A stretch of 64,000 nt of DNA, from sequence record MT799840.1. One strand, given 5' to 3'. A program made the translations under genes and the position numbers. Under the pieces are notes generated by a model. It saw only the letters and a list, made by a program, of their open reading frames with translations. It had not been told where the DNA came from and searched no databases. Shown in pieces: positions 1 through 8,125 of this stretch. Position 1 is the stretch's first letter, and every line of letters begins with the position of its first letter.

Positions 1-351
1 TATTAAGATCTTAAAACGCGTGCGGGCGCGCGCGTGATCCTTATTAAGAGATCGTGATCGGACGGAAGACCGAGATCGGGTACCCTGTGTATTTTTTACG
101 TGGTTTCCCTATCGTGTGTTCAGACCACCACTCGATGTCCAAAAACCCATAGCTTCGGTGGTCGCCTCCCTGGTCGGTAGACTCTGACAAGTCGACCCAC
201 AACACCAACCCGTCCGGGGACGGATTTTTATTCCAACGACAAGCTCCACGAAAATCCCCGCAGAGGGACTCACTGCTGTGTGACTCACCGGCTCCTGGAC
301 GCCTACGCCTCGAGCCGGTAATTTTTTGATTACGTGAGTTTGTTGTTATAT

Positions 352-935
352 GCGAATAGCGATTGACCGCGCCAATGGTCCAATCACTTTTAAACCCTGC
401 ACGCTAGGGCTCCAAGTCCTGGGATTGTTACCCAGGACGCTTTTTCGAAAATACCTGCCGTGGTGTCTTCGACAAAGCGCAATCTAACACTGCGTGATTT
501 ATTATGTTCTGGAAAACTTTCGCCGTGGAACAGAACCGGTGAGCGTCGGCGGGGAATCCGACAATCACCACCCATTCAGGTACTCGGTAGATAACCGACC
601 TGCCGACGGTGCTACGTCGGGCGTAGTTCGGTTTGCGAGAGTGTCGAGAAAGTCGACTGCGCACCCATGACAAAATCCGAGTTGACCGTGGCAGCGCCAG
701 AGGACTGGGCAGCGGAGAGACGTCGTTGAACTTACCTCCGATAGTTATCGCTGATTCCGCTCTGGCGTCGGGCCAAAACTGATTCGAATTCGGCGTTGCG
801 TCGAAAAGGGGTCTGCGTGTAGAACCGCAGACTTGGGGGATAACTCCAAAGTGGGGTGATCGGATCTTGACGGCTCGGAACAGACGAGAGGGGTGGGTAC
901 TCCCGTTGTGAAACGCCAGTACCTGGCTGATTAAA
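352..935 (+). ncRNA. Candidate large structured non-coding RNA (block A)
   Basis: No convincing ORF. At least 8 stems read by eye (416-423/431-438, 506-511/531-536, 538-542/565-569, 577-581/598-602, 695-702/760-767, 811-817/826-832, long-range 468-483/795-805). Preceded by TATG at 349-352. Confidence 0.45.
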
Positions 936-984
936 ATTTACAGATTCTGCGTGAGGTATGATAAACCAAACGGAGAATTAAATC

Positions 985-1560
985 ATGAACTTGTATCGCA
1001 TCGGGTTTTACCGGAACGAGGTACCAGAATCGGTTTTGGTTGTCTTAGCCGAAAACGAGGAGCATGCCAAATCCTTCTGGCCGGTTAGCGCAGAGCGTCC
1101 AGCGGTTGCGTGCTGCTACGACGGTCCAGTTGCCGCAACGGATGTCGCTGCAGGCGTAGTCCTGAAGATGGGCCGATGGGAAGATTACTCCCATCCCGGT
1201 TTGGAGTTTGTTTCCGAACCTGCCAGACATTCCTGGGAATTTCCCTCAGGCAACACCGAGACGTATTTCGGATTTCAGGTTAAACAACCTTCGACGCTCA
1301 AACTGTACCTGGTGTACAGCGACGCCGCTACCGAAGACTACGTCGATTCCGGAATCATCGTCGGGGCAACAACCCCTGCTGCGGCATTCGCACATTGGGA
1401 CGGTGATAAACCCGGAATCGTTTCGGTCTGTGAGCTACCACTTGAAGCCGGTTTGGTTACGAACATCAAGTGTGAGCAAGGCCAGGAGCTGACTTGGATC
1501 CGCCAGGATTACCTGACGGAAACGACATTCGAGTACACACCGAGGAAGGTGACCCAATGA
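985..1560 (+). CDS. Hypothetical protein with two tandem copies of a small phage domain
   Basis: 191-aa ORF with GGAG RBS. Halves begin MNLYRIGF..VLVVLAENEEHA and LKLYLVYS..SGIIVGATTPAAA. Confidence 0.75.
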   Translation: MNLYRIGFYRNEVPESVLVVLAENEEHAKSFWPVSAERPAVACCYDGPVAATDVAAGVVLKMGRWEDYSHPGLEFVSEPARHSWEFPSGNTETYFGFQVKQPSTLKLYLVYSDAATEDYVDSGIIVGATTPAAAFAHWDGDKPGIVSVCELPLEAGLVTNIKCEQGQELTWIRQDYLTETTFEYTPRKVTQ

Positions 1561-2048
1561 CGACGATAGCGTTCGACGGAAAAGTCTTAGCTGCTGACGG
1601 CCAGTTAACCCGTGGGTCGAATATCTGCAACCTGAATACCCAGAAGTTATTCGTCTGTCCTCCTGACGAGGAATGGTGGATTACTGGTGAACGGATTGTG
1701 GCGTTCGGAGTAAGTGGTGATATCACAGGACAGTTGGCCCTGCTGGAAACTGTCCGCTTGAGACCCGGCTACAAGGGGTTAACGCAAAGCTCGCAGTTAC
1801 CTGCGAAGATGGATTTTACTTTCCTGATGCTTCTGGCCTCAGGGAAAGCGATAGTCGGTGGGAAGCGTGAAGACGACGTGTCGTTGTGGTGGAGTGAAGC
1901 CACACCACCTCTGGCAACCGGAAGCGGTTACGAGTACGCGTTGGGTGCGATGAAGATGGGCGCGAATGCGGTTCGTGCTGTTGAGATTGCGTCCGAATGC
2001 GATATCTACACCGGTGGTGAGATTAGCACTTACGAACTACGGAGGTGA
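1557..2048 (+). CDS. HslV/proteasome-beta-like Ntn hydrolase
   Basis: True start is ATG 1557 (ATGA overlap, GAGGAAGG RBS), giving MTTIAFDGKVLAAD. Also TGSGYEYALGAM and DIYTGG motifs typical of the N-terminal Thr protease fold. Confidence 0.75.
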   Translation: MTTIAFDGKVLAADGQLTRGSNICNLNTQKLFVCPPDEEWWITGERIVAFGVSGDITGQLALLETVRLRPGYKGLTQSSQLPAKMDFTFLMLLASGKAIVGGKREDDVSLWWSEATPPLATGSGYEYALGAMKMGANAVRAVEIASECDIYTGGEISTYELRR

Positions 2049-2051
2049 ATC

Positions 2052-2102
2052 ATGCGGGAGTCAGAAGCACGCAAGCTTGACCCCATCAATCGCCTGCGAT
2101 AA
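2052..2102 (+). CDS. Possible 16-aa micropeptide MRESEARKLDPINRLR
   Basis: Strong SD GGAGGTG at 2041-2047, ATG 2052, TAA 2100-2102. Alternatively the segment is a structured RNA leader. Confidence 0.3.
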   Translation: MRESEARKLDPINRLR

Positions 2103-2141
2103 CGGGGTAGCGCATCCGTATAAACACGTTTAAAGAATTCT

Positions 2142-2217
2142 GGGGGTATGGCGCAATTGGTAGCGCACCGGTCTCCAAAACCGAAGGTTCGAGGTTCGAA
2201 ACCTCGTGCCCCCGCCA
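2142..2217 (+). tRNA. trnW: tRNA-Trp (CCA)
   Basis: Full cloverleaf: acceptor GGGGGTA/TGCCCCC, anticodon loop CTCCAAA, GGTTCGAAACC T-arm, encoded 3' CCA. Confidence 0.95.
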
Positions 2218-2281
2218 CATTTAGCCAACGAATTCAGGTTCAACACAGAAGACACAGATTTGTCAACTGTTGGAGAACAAC

Positions 2282-2524
2282 ATGAATTTGTACTTGCTAG
2301 AACGAACTGACGATATCGGGTATGATGAATTTGATTCCATAATCGTGGCGGCTCCTACGGAGCAAGCCGCGTGTGCAATTCCTCCCGACCGTGGTCATTG
2401 GATGGACTGCCGCTGGTTACCGAAAGAGCGCTGGGATGAAGGGCTTACCCTGACCGTTACTCTTATCGGTACTACGCACTATCCTGCTGGGACCGTCGTT
2501 CATGAATCGTTCAATGCTGGCTAA
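2282..2524 (+). CDS. Small hypothetical protein, same domain family as 985-1560
   Basis: GGAG RBS at 2272-2275. Sequence MNLYLLERTDDIGYDEFDSIIVAAPTEQAA. Confidence 0.75.
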   Translation: MNLYLLERTDDIGYDEFDSIIVAAPTEQAACAIPPDRGHWMDCRWLPKERWDEGLTLTVTLIGTTHYPAGTVVHESFNAG

Positions 2525-2526
2525 AC

Positions 2527-2544
2527 AGTGGGCTTCGGCCCACT
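2527..2544 (+). terminator. UUCG stem-loop after CDS (no U-tract)
   Basis: AGTGGGC-TTCG-GCCCACT. Confidence 0.45.
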
Positions 2545-2731
2545 AACCCTATTCGAGCCGTGATACTTACTCAGATTGTGCGGGTTGATGTCCCGCATGA
2601 GCCGGTAGTAGCTTAGACCTACGGTAGACCAATAAATCCGTAGCAGCCAGGTACACAAAGCACCAGGTCGCTTGTACAGGATGCTGGGTATCTGACCGGT
2701 CATAACCTCATTCGATACGAGACACGTTTAT

Positions 2732-3299
2732 GCATGAAATACTCCAGTACATCAGGATGTTGATTTCCAACATCCGGTTCTGGGTATTCAGTCATGTTTG
2801 GTTTACAGGCGATGGGTTTTCCCGCAAGGGCCCCACTTACAGACTGGCGTCTCCACGACAACCGTCCCTAGGGGACAGGCAAGCACCGGCCCATTAAGCC
2901 GCTACGCTACGCCTGTAAATCCACAATTTGATAACCGAATGGGATTGAGTTCCCAGTGTTAGGGTGACTGTGTGTCACCGTAGGCGCGGTACCTCATACG
3001 GCCGGTACGCCACGAATGTACGTGATAGCGGGTGGTGCTTGGAGGCGCTAAGACCTGACCTTGCGGCCAGGCTCAGAAGAAGAAGTCCATCACCTGCATT
3101 CAGGAATGAATTTAGGTTAATTATTGGAAGTGGCGAAATCACTTACGTGATAACTTAGTAGTATGCAACGAACAATACCAGAGTGACTTTACGAGGTTAC
3201 TGTGGTATATGTCGGTGCGCCGGGCAACGTGTTGCCGCAGATAGGCCCGAGGGAGCTGAGTGCATTAACACACGCCGGGATGCACCGGCACCTTACAAT
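2732..3299 (+). ncRNA. Candidate structured non-coding RNA(s) (block B)
   Basis: Stems 2755-2762/2768-2775, 2802-2811/2910-2919, 2864-2868/2872-2876, 2940-2944/2951-2955, 2963-2968/2974-2979, 3028-3037/3088-3097. GNRA loops (GCAA, GGAA). TATG at 2729-2732. Confidence 0.45.
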
Positions 3300-3300
3300 G

Positions 3301-3367
3301 GCTTTGTAGCTCAGGTAGGTAGAGCAGCCTCTTTGAGGAAGGTCGCCGGTTCGAGACCGGTCAAAGC
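3301..3367 (+). pseudogene. tRNA-like element with collapsed anticodon arm
   Basis: Canonical D-arm (GCTC..GAGC), T-arm (GCCGG TTCGAGA CCGGT) and a 6-bp acceptor. The anticodon arm is 13 nt with a 3-nt TTT loop, and no CCA is encoded. Confidence 0.7.
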
Positions 3368-3369
3368 AA

Positions 3370-3444
3370 GAGCAGCGAAGTTAGAGGAATTAACACCCGA
3401 CTCATAATCGGATATTTCGACGGTTCGAATCCGTCCGTTTGCTC
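3370..3444 (+). tRNA. Degenerate tRNA with CAT anticodon (Met or Ile2)
   Basis: Anticodon arm CCGA-CTCATAA-TCGG and T-arm GACGG-TTCGAAT-CCGTC. Acceptor stem has a bulge, position 8 is A, and no CCA follows directly. Confidence 0.6.
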
Positions 3445-3451
3445 GTCCCAT

Positions 3452-3785
3452 TTGTGTTATCCTTATCCCGAAGGCATTCGAAATAAGACGCGTATCCACA
3501 CACGGGTCAAGGGTAACACGAACCACTTCCGCGGTCACCGTGTCCATTGCCGCCTACCTGCATGGGCTGTCCTCCGACACGGTGACTTCGGGCCAACTTA
3601 CAGGCCAGGGCCGTTTGGGTTTTTCTTACGCATCCATCCAGAGCCACCTCGCGCCCTAGTCTGTATACCCCTTTTCTGTTCCTGGTTTGCCAACTAAATC
3701 AATTAAGCCTGGTGCGTTGCCCTGGGAACAGAAAAACTTATTCGGTTACACGCCGAACCCACCCACGAGGGATATGTCGTGGACT
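3452..3785 (+). ncRNA. Candidate structured non-coding RNA (block C)
   Basis: Stems 3454-3462/3511-3519, perfect 11-bp 3534-3544/3576-3586, perfect 11-bp 3672-3682/3725-3735, and 3763-3768/3777-3782. Confidence 0.4.
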
Positions 3786-3824
3786 ACCAATAGAAGCAGC
3801 AATAGTAGTAAGAAGGAAAGCAAC

Positions 3825-4646
3825 ATGTTTACAGTTAAACGTGTGATTGATGGTGACCGTATCATTACCGAACATGAAAAGGTTCGTATCGGTGACCGTA
3901 AGTCTCGTGTATTCCGCGAGGCATTAAAAATGCTCGAGAACGAGCGATTCGACATTGTTGTCGATGATGAAAAGTTAGCCCTTAATCCGGGGTTAAAACG
4001 CGTTGCCCCTGATGTGCCTGATCCGATTACAAAGCACCCGTCCGATTATTACAGTTGGGTGACTCGAATGCAAGAAGATCAAAAATCGGGTCATCTGTAT
4101 CTGAAACAGCTTTTCCCTAATCTTGTTATTCCCGACTTGGACGACATTGAGCTGTTTAACTGCAATGTGCGTGACTTTATCAGCTATGTGCTGGATGATA
4201 AAGGTAATGCTGTTCTGATACTGGAGACGGGTTCACGTATACCCGATGCTGTGGATAACATTTGTGGTGAAATCGTTGGTTACGGTACACCCCCAGAGAA
4301 ATTAGGTTGGTACAAACCGTCGCCTGATAGCGATATGGCGATTATTGTCTACACTCAGGAAGAACTGCAACAAGTCGAATTAGAGCCTGGTCCATCTATC
4401 GAGTTCACTGATGTCCAGGAACACTCACAATGGGTTAATGGTGAATGCGTTGTTACTGTTTTAAAAGGCGCTCGCCCTGGCGACCGGTCAGTCGATGAAC
4501 TGATTGGCGCAATGTGCATCGAAGAAGAATCTGGATACGATCCTGATAACCAGATCAGTGCCGGTGCGTTGTACGAACTGTTTTATAAAGGCGACGAAGT
4601 CTACGTGGTTAACTCTCACGGTAAGACTACCGACGCCCTTCGCTGA
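3825..4646 (+). CDS. Hypothetical protein
   Basis: Start reassigned to ATG 3825 (AAGGAAAG RBS; MFTVKRVIDG). The upstream in-frame extension overlaps the structured block. Confidence 0.8.
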   Translation: MFTVKRVIDGDRIITEHEKVRIGDRKSRVFREALKMLENERFDIVVDDEKLALNPGLKRVAPDVPDPITKHPSDYYSWVTRMQEDQKSGHLYLKQLFPNLVIPDLDDIELFNCNVRDFISYVLDDKGNAVLILETGSRIPDAVDNICGEIVGYGTPPEKLGWYKPSPDSDMAIIVYTQEELQQVELEPGPSIEFTDVQEHSQWVNGECVVTVLKGARPGDRSVDELIGAMCIEEESGYDPDNQISAGALYELFYKGDEVYVVNSHGKTTDALR

Positions 4647-4736
4647 ATTAGCTAACGCCCAGTAGCTATGTTCCTGACGATTAGCCCTCGTCTGACCTTG
4701 TAAGACCTTGTAGATTTACATGCCAACACCAGGGAA

Positions 4737-4778
4737 GTCCTCACTCTTCGGAGTGAGGACAACTCTTTTATTTTTTTT
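4737..4778 (+). terminator. Rho-independent terminator
   Basis: GTCCTCACTC-TTCG-GAGTGAGGAC followed by a T-rich tract. Confidence 0.8.
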
Positions 4779-4794
4779 GTATTCCAAATATACA

Positions 4795-4810
4795 CAGATA
4801 GATATTACCT
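4795..4810 (+). promoter_or_regulatory. Putative early (virion RNAP) promoter
   Basis: CAGATAGATATTACCT. The motif recurs 8 times in the window and resembles the phiKZ early promoter core TATATTAC. Confidence 0.65.
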
Positions 4811-4869
4811 AAGTGAGATGAGAAAGCCTCATCTGAATTCTCCCAACTCGACTATAAAAGGTATGCATC

Positions 4870-5817
4870 ATGTACAGACCAAGTAATCCTAGCGCTATTG
4901 AAGGATTAAACCAGGATGGCTTCAGCCTCGCAGAAGCAACCCGCATTCGACCTTTCTTACCTCGCAGATTCTTCCCTTTCGGTTCGTTATACAGAACGAA
5001 CTTCGACGCTTGGGAAGCGATACGTGCTGTAAAAGATGCACTACAGTACAAGAACTTCGAATTCCGATTTGTGTTCAAATGGGGCAACGGCGAATTGCTC
5101 CATCATTTTGGATTCCAACAGAATGAGTTCATTGAGTACACCTCACCTACGTACCACACCAAGTTCCTAAGCATTGAGTTTGTTCGCCACTTCGGCGATG
5201 CACTTTTTACGGAACGTGCGGCAGATGAAAACCATGGACGTAGGCTGGTGTTAACGAACGGTGCATTACGCATCAAGATGAATCGTTTACGGGAAGCGTA
5301 TAACCAGCTCATCAATCCTGAACCGGTAATGTTTCCAACAGTCGCAGATTTGAACGTTACACCACTCCAGCTACCTGTGGATATAGACAAACCAATCCTG
5401 GCAATCAGAGCACTGCAGGCAGGTTACGCAAACTGGTATAAAGGGCACAGTCTCCCGAACACCAGATTGAACATCGAACCGTATGAGTTGTGTTTATTCT
5501 TAACTCTACGCAAGCGGTTTGAGCCGAATAACTTAGACTTGCGTTATTTAGCGACTCCTGATGTTGGAACCTATTATCCTGCGAATTGGATGGTTGCGGC
5601 AGTCCTACCGGACGGCGAGATGGTCGGTAGCATCGTTTATGGGACTCAACAGTTACCTTCTCCGTTAGCACCACCGAAGGATTCTATATATCCGTACGCT
5701 TCCTGGTACGTTGGCAGTAACGGAGCTAGATGGTTGGTACTCCACGTCCCTGCGGAAGTTTATAATTTGTTTCCACGTGAGCAATGGCTTAGCGTGTACG
5801 ATTTTCAGTTTGGTTAG
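4870..5817 (+). CDS. Hypothetical protein (early)
   Basis: 315-aa ORF between an early promoter motif and a terminator. Confidence 0.8.
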   Translation: MYRPSNPSAIEGLNQDGFSLAEATRIRPFLPRRFFPFGSLYRTNFDAWEAIRAVKDALQYKNFEFRFVFKWGNGELLHHFGFQQNEFIEYTSPTYHTKFLSIEFVRHFGDALFTERAADENHGRRLVLTNGALRIKMNRLREAYNQLINPEPVMFPTVADLNVTPLQLPVDIDKPILAIRALQAGYANWYKGHSLPNTRLNIEPYELCLFLTLRKRFEPNNLDLRYLATPDVGTYYPANWMVAAVLPDGEMVGSIVYGTQQLPSPLAPPKDSIYPYASWYVGSNGARWLVLHVPAEVYNLFPREQWLSVYDFQFG

Positions 5818-5831
5818 TAGTCGATGCTTTT

Positions 5832-5860
5832 GAGGGAACTTCGGTTCCCTCTTTTTTTTT
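5832..5860 (+). terminator. Rho-independent terminator
   Basis: GAGGGAAC-TTCG-GTTCCCTC + T9. Confidence 0.85.
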
Positions 5861-5903
5861 CTTTTTTCACGACTGCCTCAGAATCTTATAGGAGGAAGTT
5901 ACC

Positions 5904-6320
5904 ATGATTACGCAGTGCTACTACCAGACGAAAGATTTATTTAAAGCATTGGAAGAAAATAAGCTACCCACGACTTTAAGACCGCAGTGCAGTTATTCAA
6001 GAATGCTTGCAAGTGAGGTCTTTCCAGTGCTAATGCAGTTGCCCCAATTCCAGCCGTGGCTCGACTCGCTAGATGTGGTAGAGGCTGTGGCTATCTACAC
6101 TGGGTCAGACACACCAACAATAAACACAAGCGAGTGTTTATCCCGTAGCGAATCGTCGGCGTTAAATGAAATGCCGCAATTAATGCCTTCTTTATTCGAT
6201 TCGTTGTGTGCTGCAGTTATGCAGAAACGACTACCTTATGAGGAAGTATTCGCCATTGTGTTAGACAGCATCCACGCAATGAATTATAAACACTATAAAA
6301 CCCTCGGAACCTTACACTGA
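5904..6320 (+). CDS. Hypothetical protein
   Basis: 138-aa ORF with AGGAGG RBS. Confidence 0.8.
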   Translation: MITQCYYQTKDLFKALEENKLPTTLRPQCSYSRMLASEVFPVLMQLPQFQPWLDSLDVVEAVAIYTGSDTPTINTSECLSRSESSALNEMPQLMPSLFDSLCAAVMQKRLPYEEVFAIVLDSIHAMNYKHYKTLGTLH

Positions 6321-6387
6321 CTTTTTTACGGCAGGCACCTATCTTGTAGGGAGTCTGTGCTGTAATAGATTCCAAAGGAGATGCTCG

Positions 6388-6777
6388 ATGAAAAACAAAC
6401 TGCGTCCGCTGGACGTGATTATGGCGCATCCGGATACCCTCAAGAAAATTAAAGTGGTCAACGAACTTGACCGTGGTCTCCTGGATACAATTCAATGGGG
6501 TTTTACTTTCCACCCCGATGAAGAGAACAACACGCGTCAATTAGATGTCTGCGACGGTGTAGAAATTGATTGGTCTTCTAACGAAGGCTTCAACGATGTC
6601 GTCGATTATGTCAAACAAGCCACCGTTCCACCTGTGTTTCCCGTAGCTGGTTTAGCAGAACACACAATTTCTCTCCGCCGACTGGTTAACGCTCAACCGG
6701 AAATTGTGCGTGAAGGTGAAGCGTGGACGTCAGGTATTACTCATCATCTTAAGGATGTGCTGGGTGTTGCCGGTTAA
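6388..6777 (+). CDS. Hypothetical protein
   Basis: 129-aa ORF with AAGGAG RBS. Confidence 0.8.
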   Translation: MKNKLRPLDVIMAHPDTLKKIKVVNELDRGLLDTIQWGFTFHPDEENNTRQLDVCDGVEIDWSSNEGFNDVVDYVKQATVPPVFPVAGLAEHTISLRRLVNAQPEIVREGEAWTSGITHHLKDVLGVAG

Positions 6778-6827
6778 AAAAGAAGAAGTACCTCTACGCA
6801 AGTAGAGGTACGGAATCTTTCTTTTTT
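6776..6827. terminator. Bidirectional terminator between convergent genes
   Basis: GTACCTCTAC-GCAA-GTAGAGGTAC flanked by A-rich and T-rich tracts. Confidence 0.8.
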
Positions 6828-6828
6828 G

Positions 6829-7641
6829 TTACGACTTGAAGCGTCCACCGTTCATGTAGTTCCAACGGTTTCCGATGTTGTCGTTGTGGACCAGACAACG
6901 TTGCATTTTCGGCAAGGTGTCTTCGAACATTTGACCTGCGTCCGAGTAACCTTCAATAACGTTTCTGAAGGCACCGAACTCCATACCATTTTCCAGTTTA
7001 CCAGAATCCATGTCGAAGATCATGGTGTTGTAGATATATTGCTTAACAGCCATAACTGCCAGCTCACCTACAACCGGATAGAAGGCCGGCTTGATTTCGT
7101 TCATCTCCTGGGACAGTTCGTACTTCACCACGAGTTTGGTAGAGTAAACGAACATGCCTGGGTCTTTGATACGGATGGTATTCGGGCCGAGCACTTCGAC
7201 CTCTGGAGAGGCGATACGCGGCATCGCCGACTGACTATCAACCACTTGTTGGGTGGATGCTAATACGCCAGAGGTGGCACCGTCCAGATATGAACCTGCG
7301 GGAGGCATGGTGTACGCCTGTCCGGCAACGGGTGTTACAGAAATGTGGGCATCCAGAATAGGTCTACCGCCTGTTTTGATGTCGTCGAGGTAATAGACAC
7401 GACTGAAATAATCTTGCGTGTCGTTATCCCAAGGGACACCTTGCAAATCTACTTCTTGATATTGCCCCATTCTGGAGATTTCAGGGACCAGAATCTCACG
7501 AATAACACGTTGTTGGATTTCGTTATCTACAGAGCTTGCGATTCCCAGTAACTTGAGGTTTTCTGGAACAAAAGCCGCCTGTAGAATCGGGGCAGGGATA
7601 TGCTGTCTGATTTTACGCAGACAGTAGTCGATAACATTCAT
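6829..7641 (-). CDS. Conserved phiKZ-like protein, probably virion structural
   Basis: Start at MNVIDYCL (AGGAG RBS; TATG late-type motif upstream on the minus strand). Position matches recalled SPN3US gp8. Confidence 0.7.
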   Translation of the reverse strand: MNVIDYCLRKIRQHIPAPILQAAFVPENLKLLGIASSVDNEIQQRVIREILVPEISRMGQYQEVDLQGVPWDNDTQDYFSRVYYLDDIKTGGRPILDAHISVTPVAGQAYTMPPAGSYLDGATSGVLASTQQVVDSQSAMPRIASPEVEVLGPNTIRIKDPGMFVYSTKLVVKYELSQEMNEIKPAFYPVVGELAVMAVKQYIYNTMIFDMDSGKLENGMEFGAFRNVIEGYSDAGQMFEDTLPKMQRCLVHNDNIGNRWNYMNGGRFKS

Positions 7642-7762
7642 TCTAAGGCTCCTATGAAGCTCGTAGGACAACTCATACCATCGGGTAATGCTATCCCATT
7701 ACCTGACATTAAAATACGTTTTACGACCTTTATGTGCGCACCATACTCGAAGAAATTTTGCA

Positions 7763-7774
7763 TAGATATTATCT
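7763..7774 (+). promoter_or_regulatory. Putative early promoter
   Basis: TAGATATTATCT upstream of the 7805-11823 gene cluster. Confidence 0.55.
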
Positions 7775-7804
7775 TCGTGAATTATCCTTAAGGAGCATTT
7801 CTCG

Positions 7805-8125
7805 ATGACGCGCATGTTCTTTAATTTCTCTCCAGGGACAAATGAACAGATTGTGCCTGCGGACATGTTACTGTGCGCGATACAAGAAGTCATTTATCCC
7901 GGCACGCATGAGTTTCCACGTGAGTGGACACGCATTGCCGAAAGTTATTTTGGCACGGAAGCGTGGTTTGTTATTTCGGCGTTGGGCCGAAACCATAGCT
8001 ATCCCTTTCATTACAAAAATGGAGTTGTGCAAACGTGGTCAGAATATACCTCGAACCAGCTGCGGTTCATTCTAGCTTCTGGGGGCCTGTCGATGCTTCC
8101 CAGTACGCTACCGCTCTGCGGATGA
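7805..8125 (+). CDS. Hypothetical protein
   Basis: 106-aa ORF with AAGGAG RBS. Confidence 0.75.
   Translation: MTRMFFNFSPGTNEQIVPADMLLCAIQEVIYPGTHEFPREWTRIAESYFGTEAWFVISALGRNHSYPFHYKNGVVQTWSEYTSNQLRFILASGGLSMLPSTLPLCG

Noticed and set aside
1494-1556. Upstream extension of the HslV-like ORF
   Set aside because: It would bury the N-terminal Thr; the RBS and ATGA overlap favour 1557.
3075-3097. GAAGAAGTCC as an RNase P RNA P4 element
   Set aside because: It only partly matches GAGGAAAGUCC and no complementary 3' P4 strand was found.
3687-3824. N-terminal extension of ORF 3687-4646
   Set aside because: It has no RBS, is low-complexity and overlaps strong RNA stems; ATG 3825 has a good SD.
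4691-4710. Tandem GACCTTGTA direct repeat and small hairpins after the 3825 gene
   Set aside because: There are only two 9-nt copies, too short to support an operator or array call.
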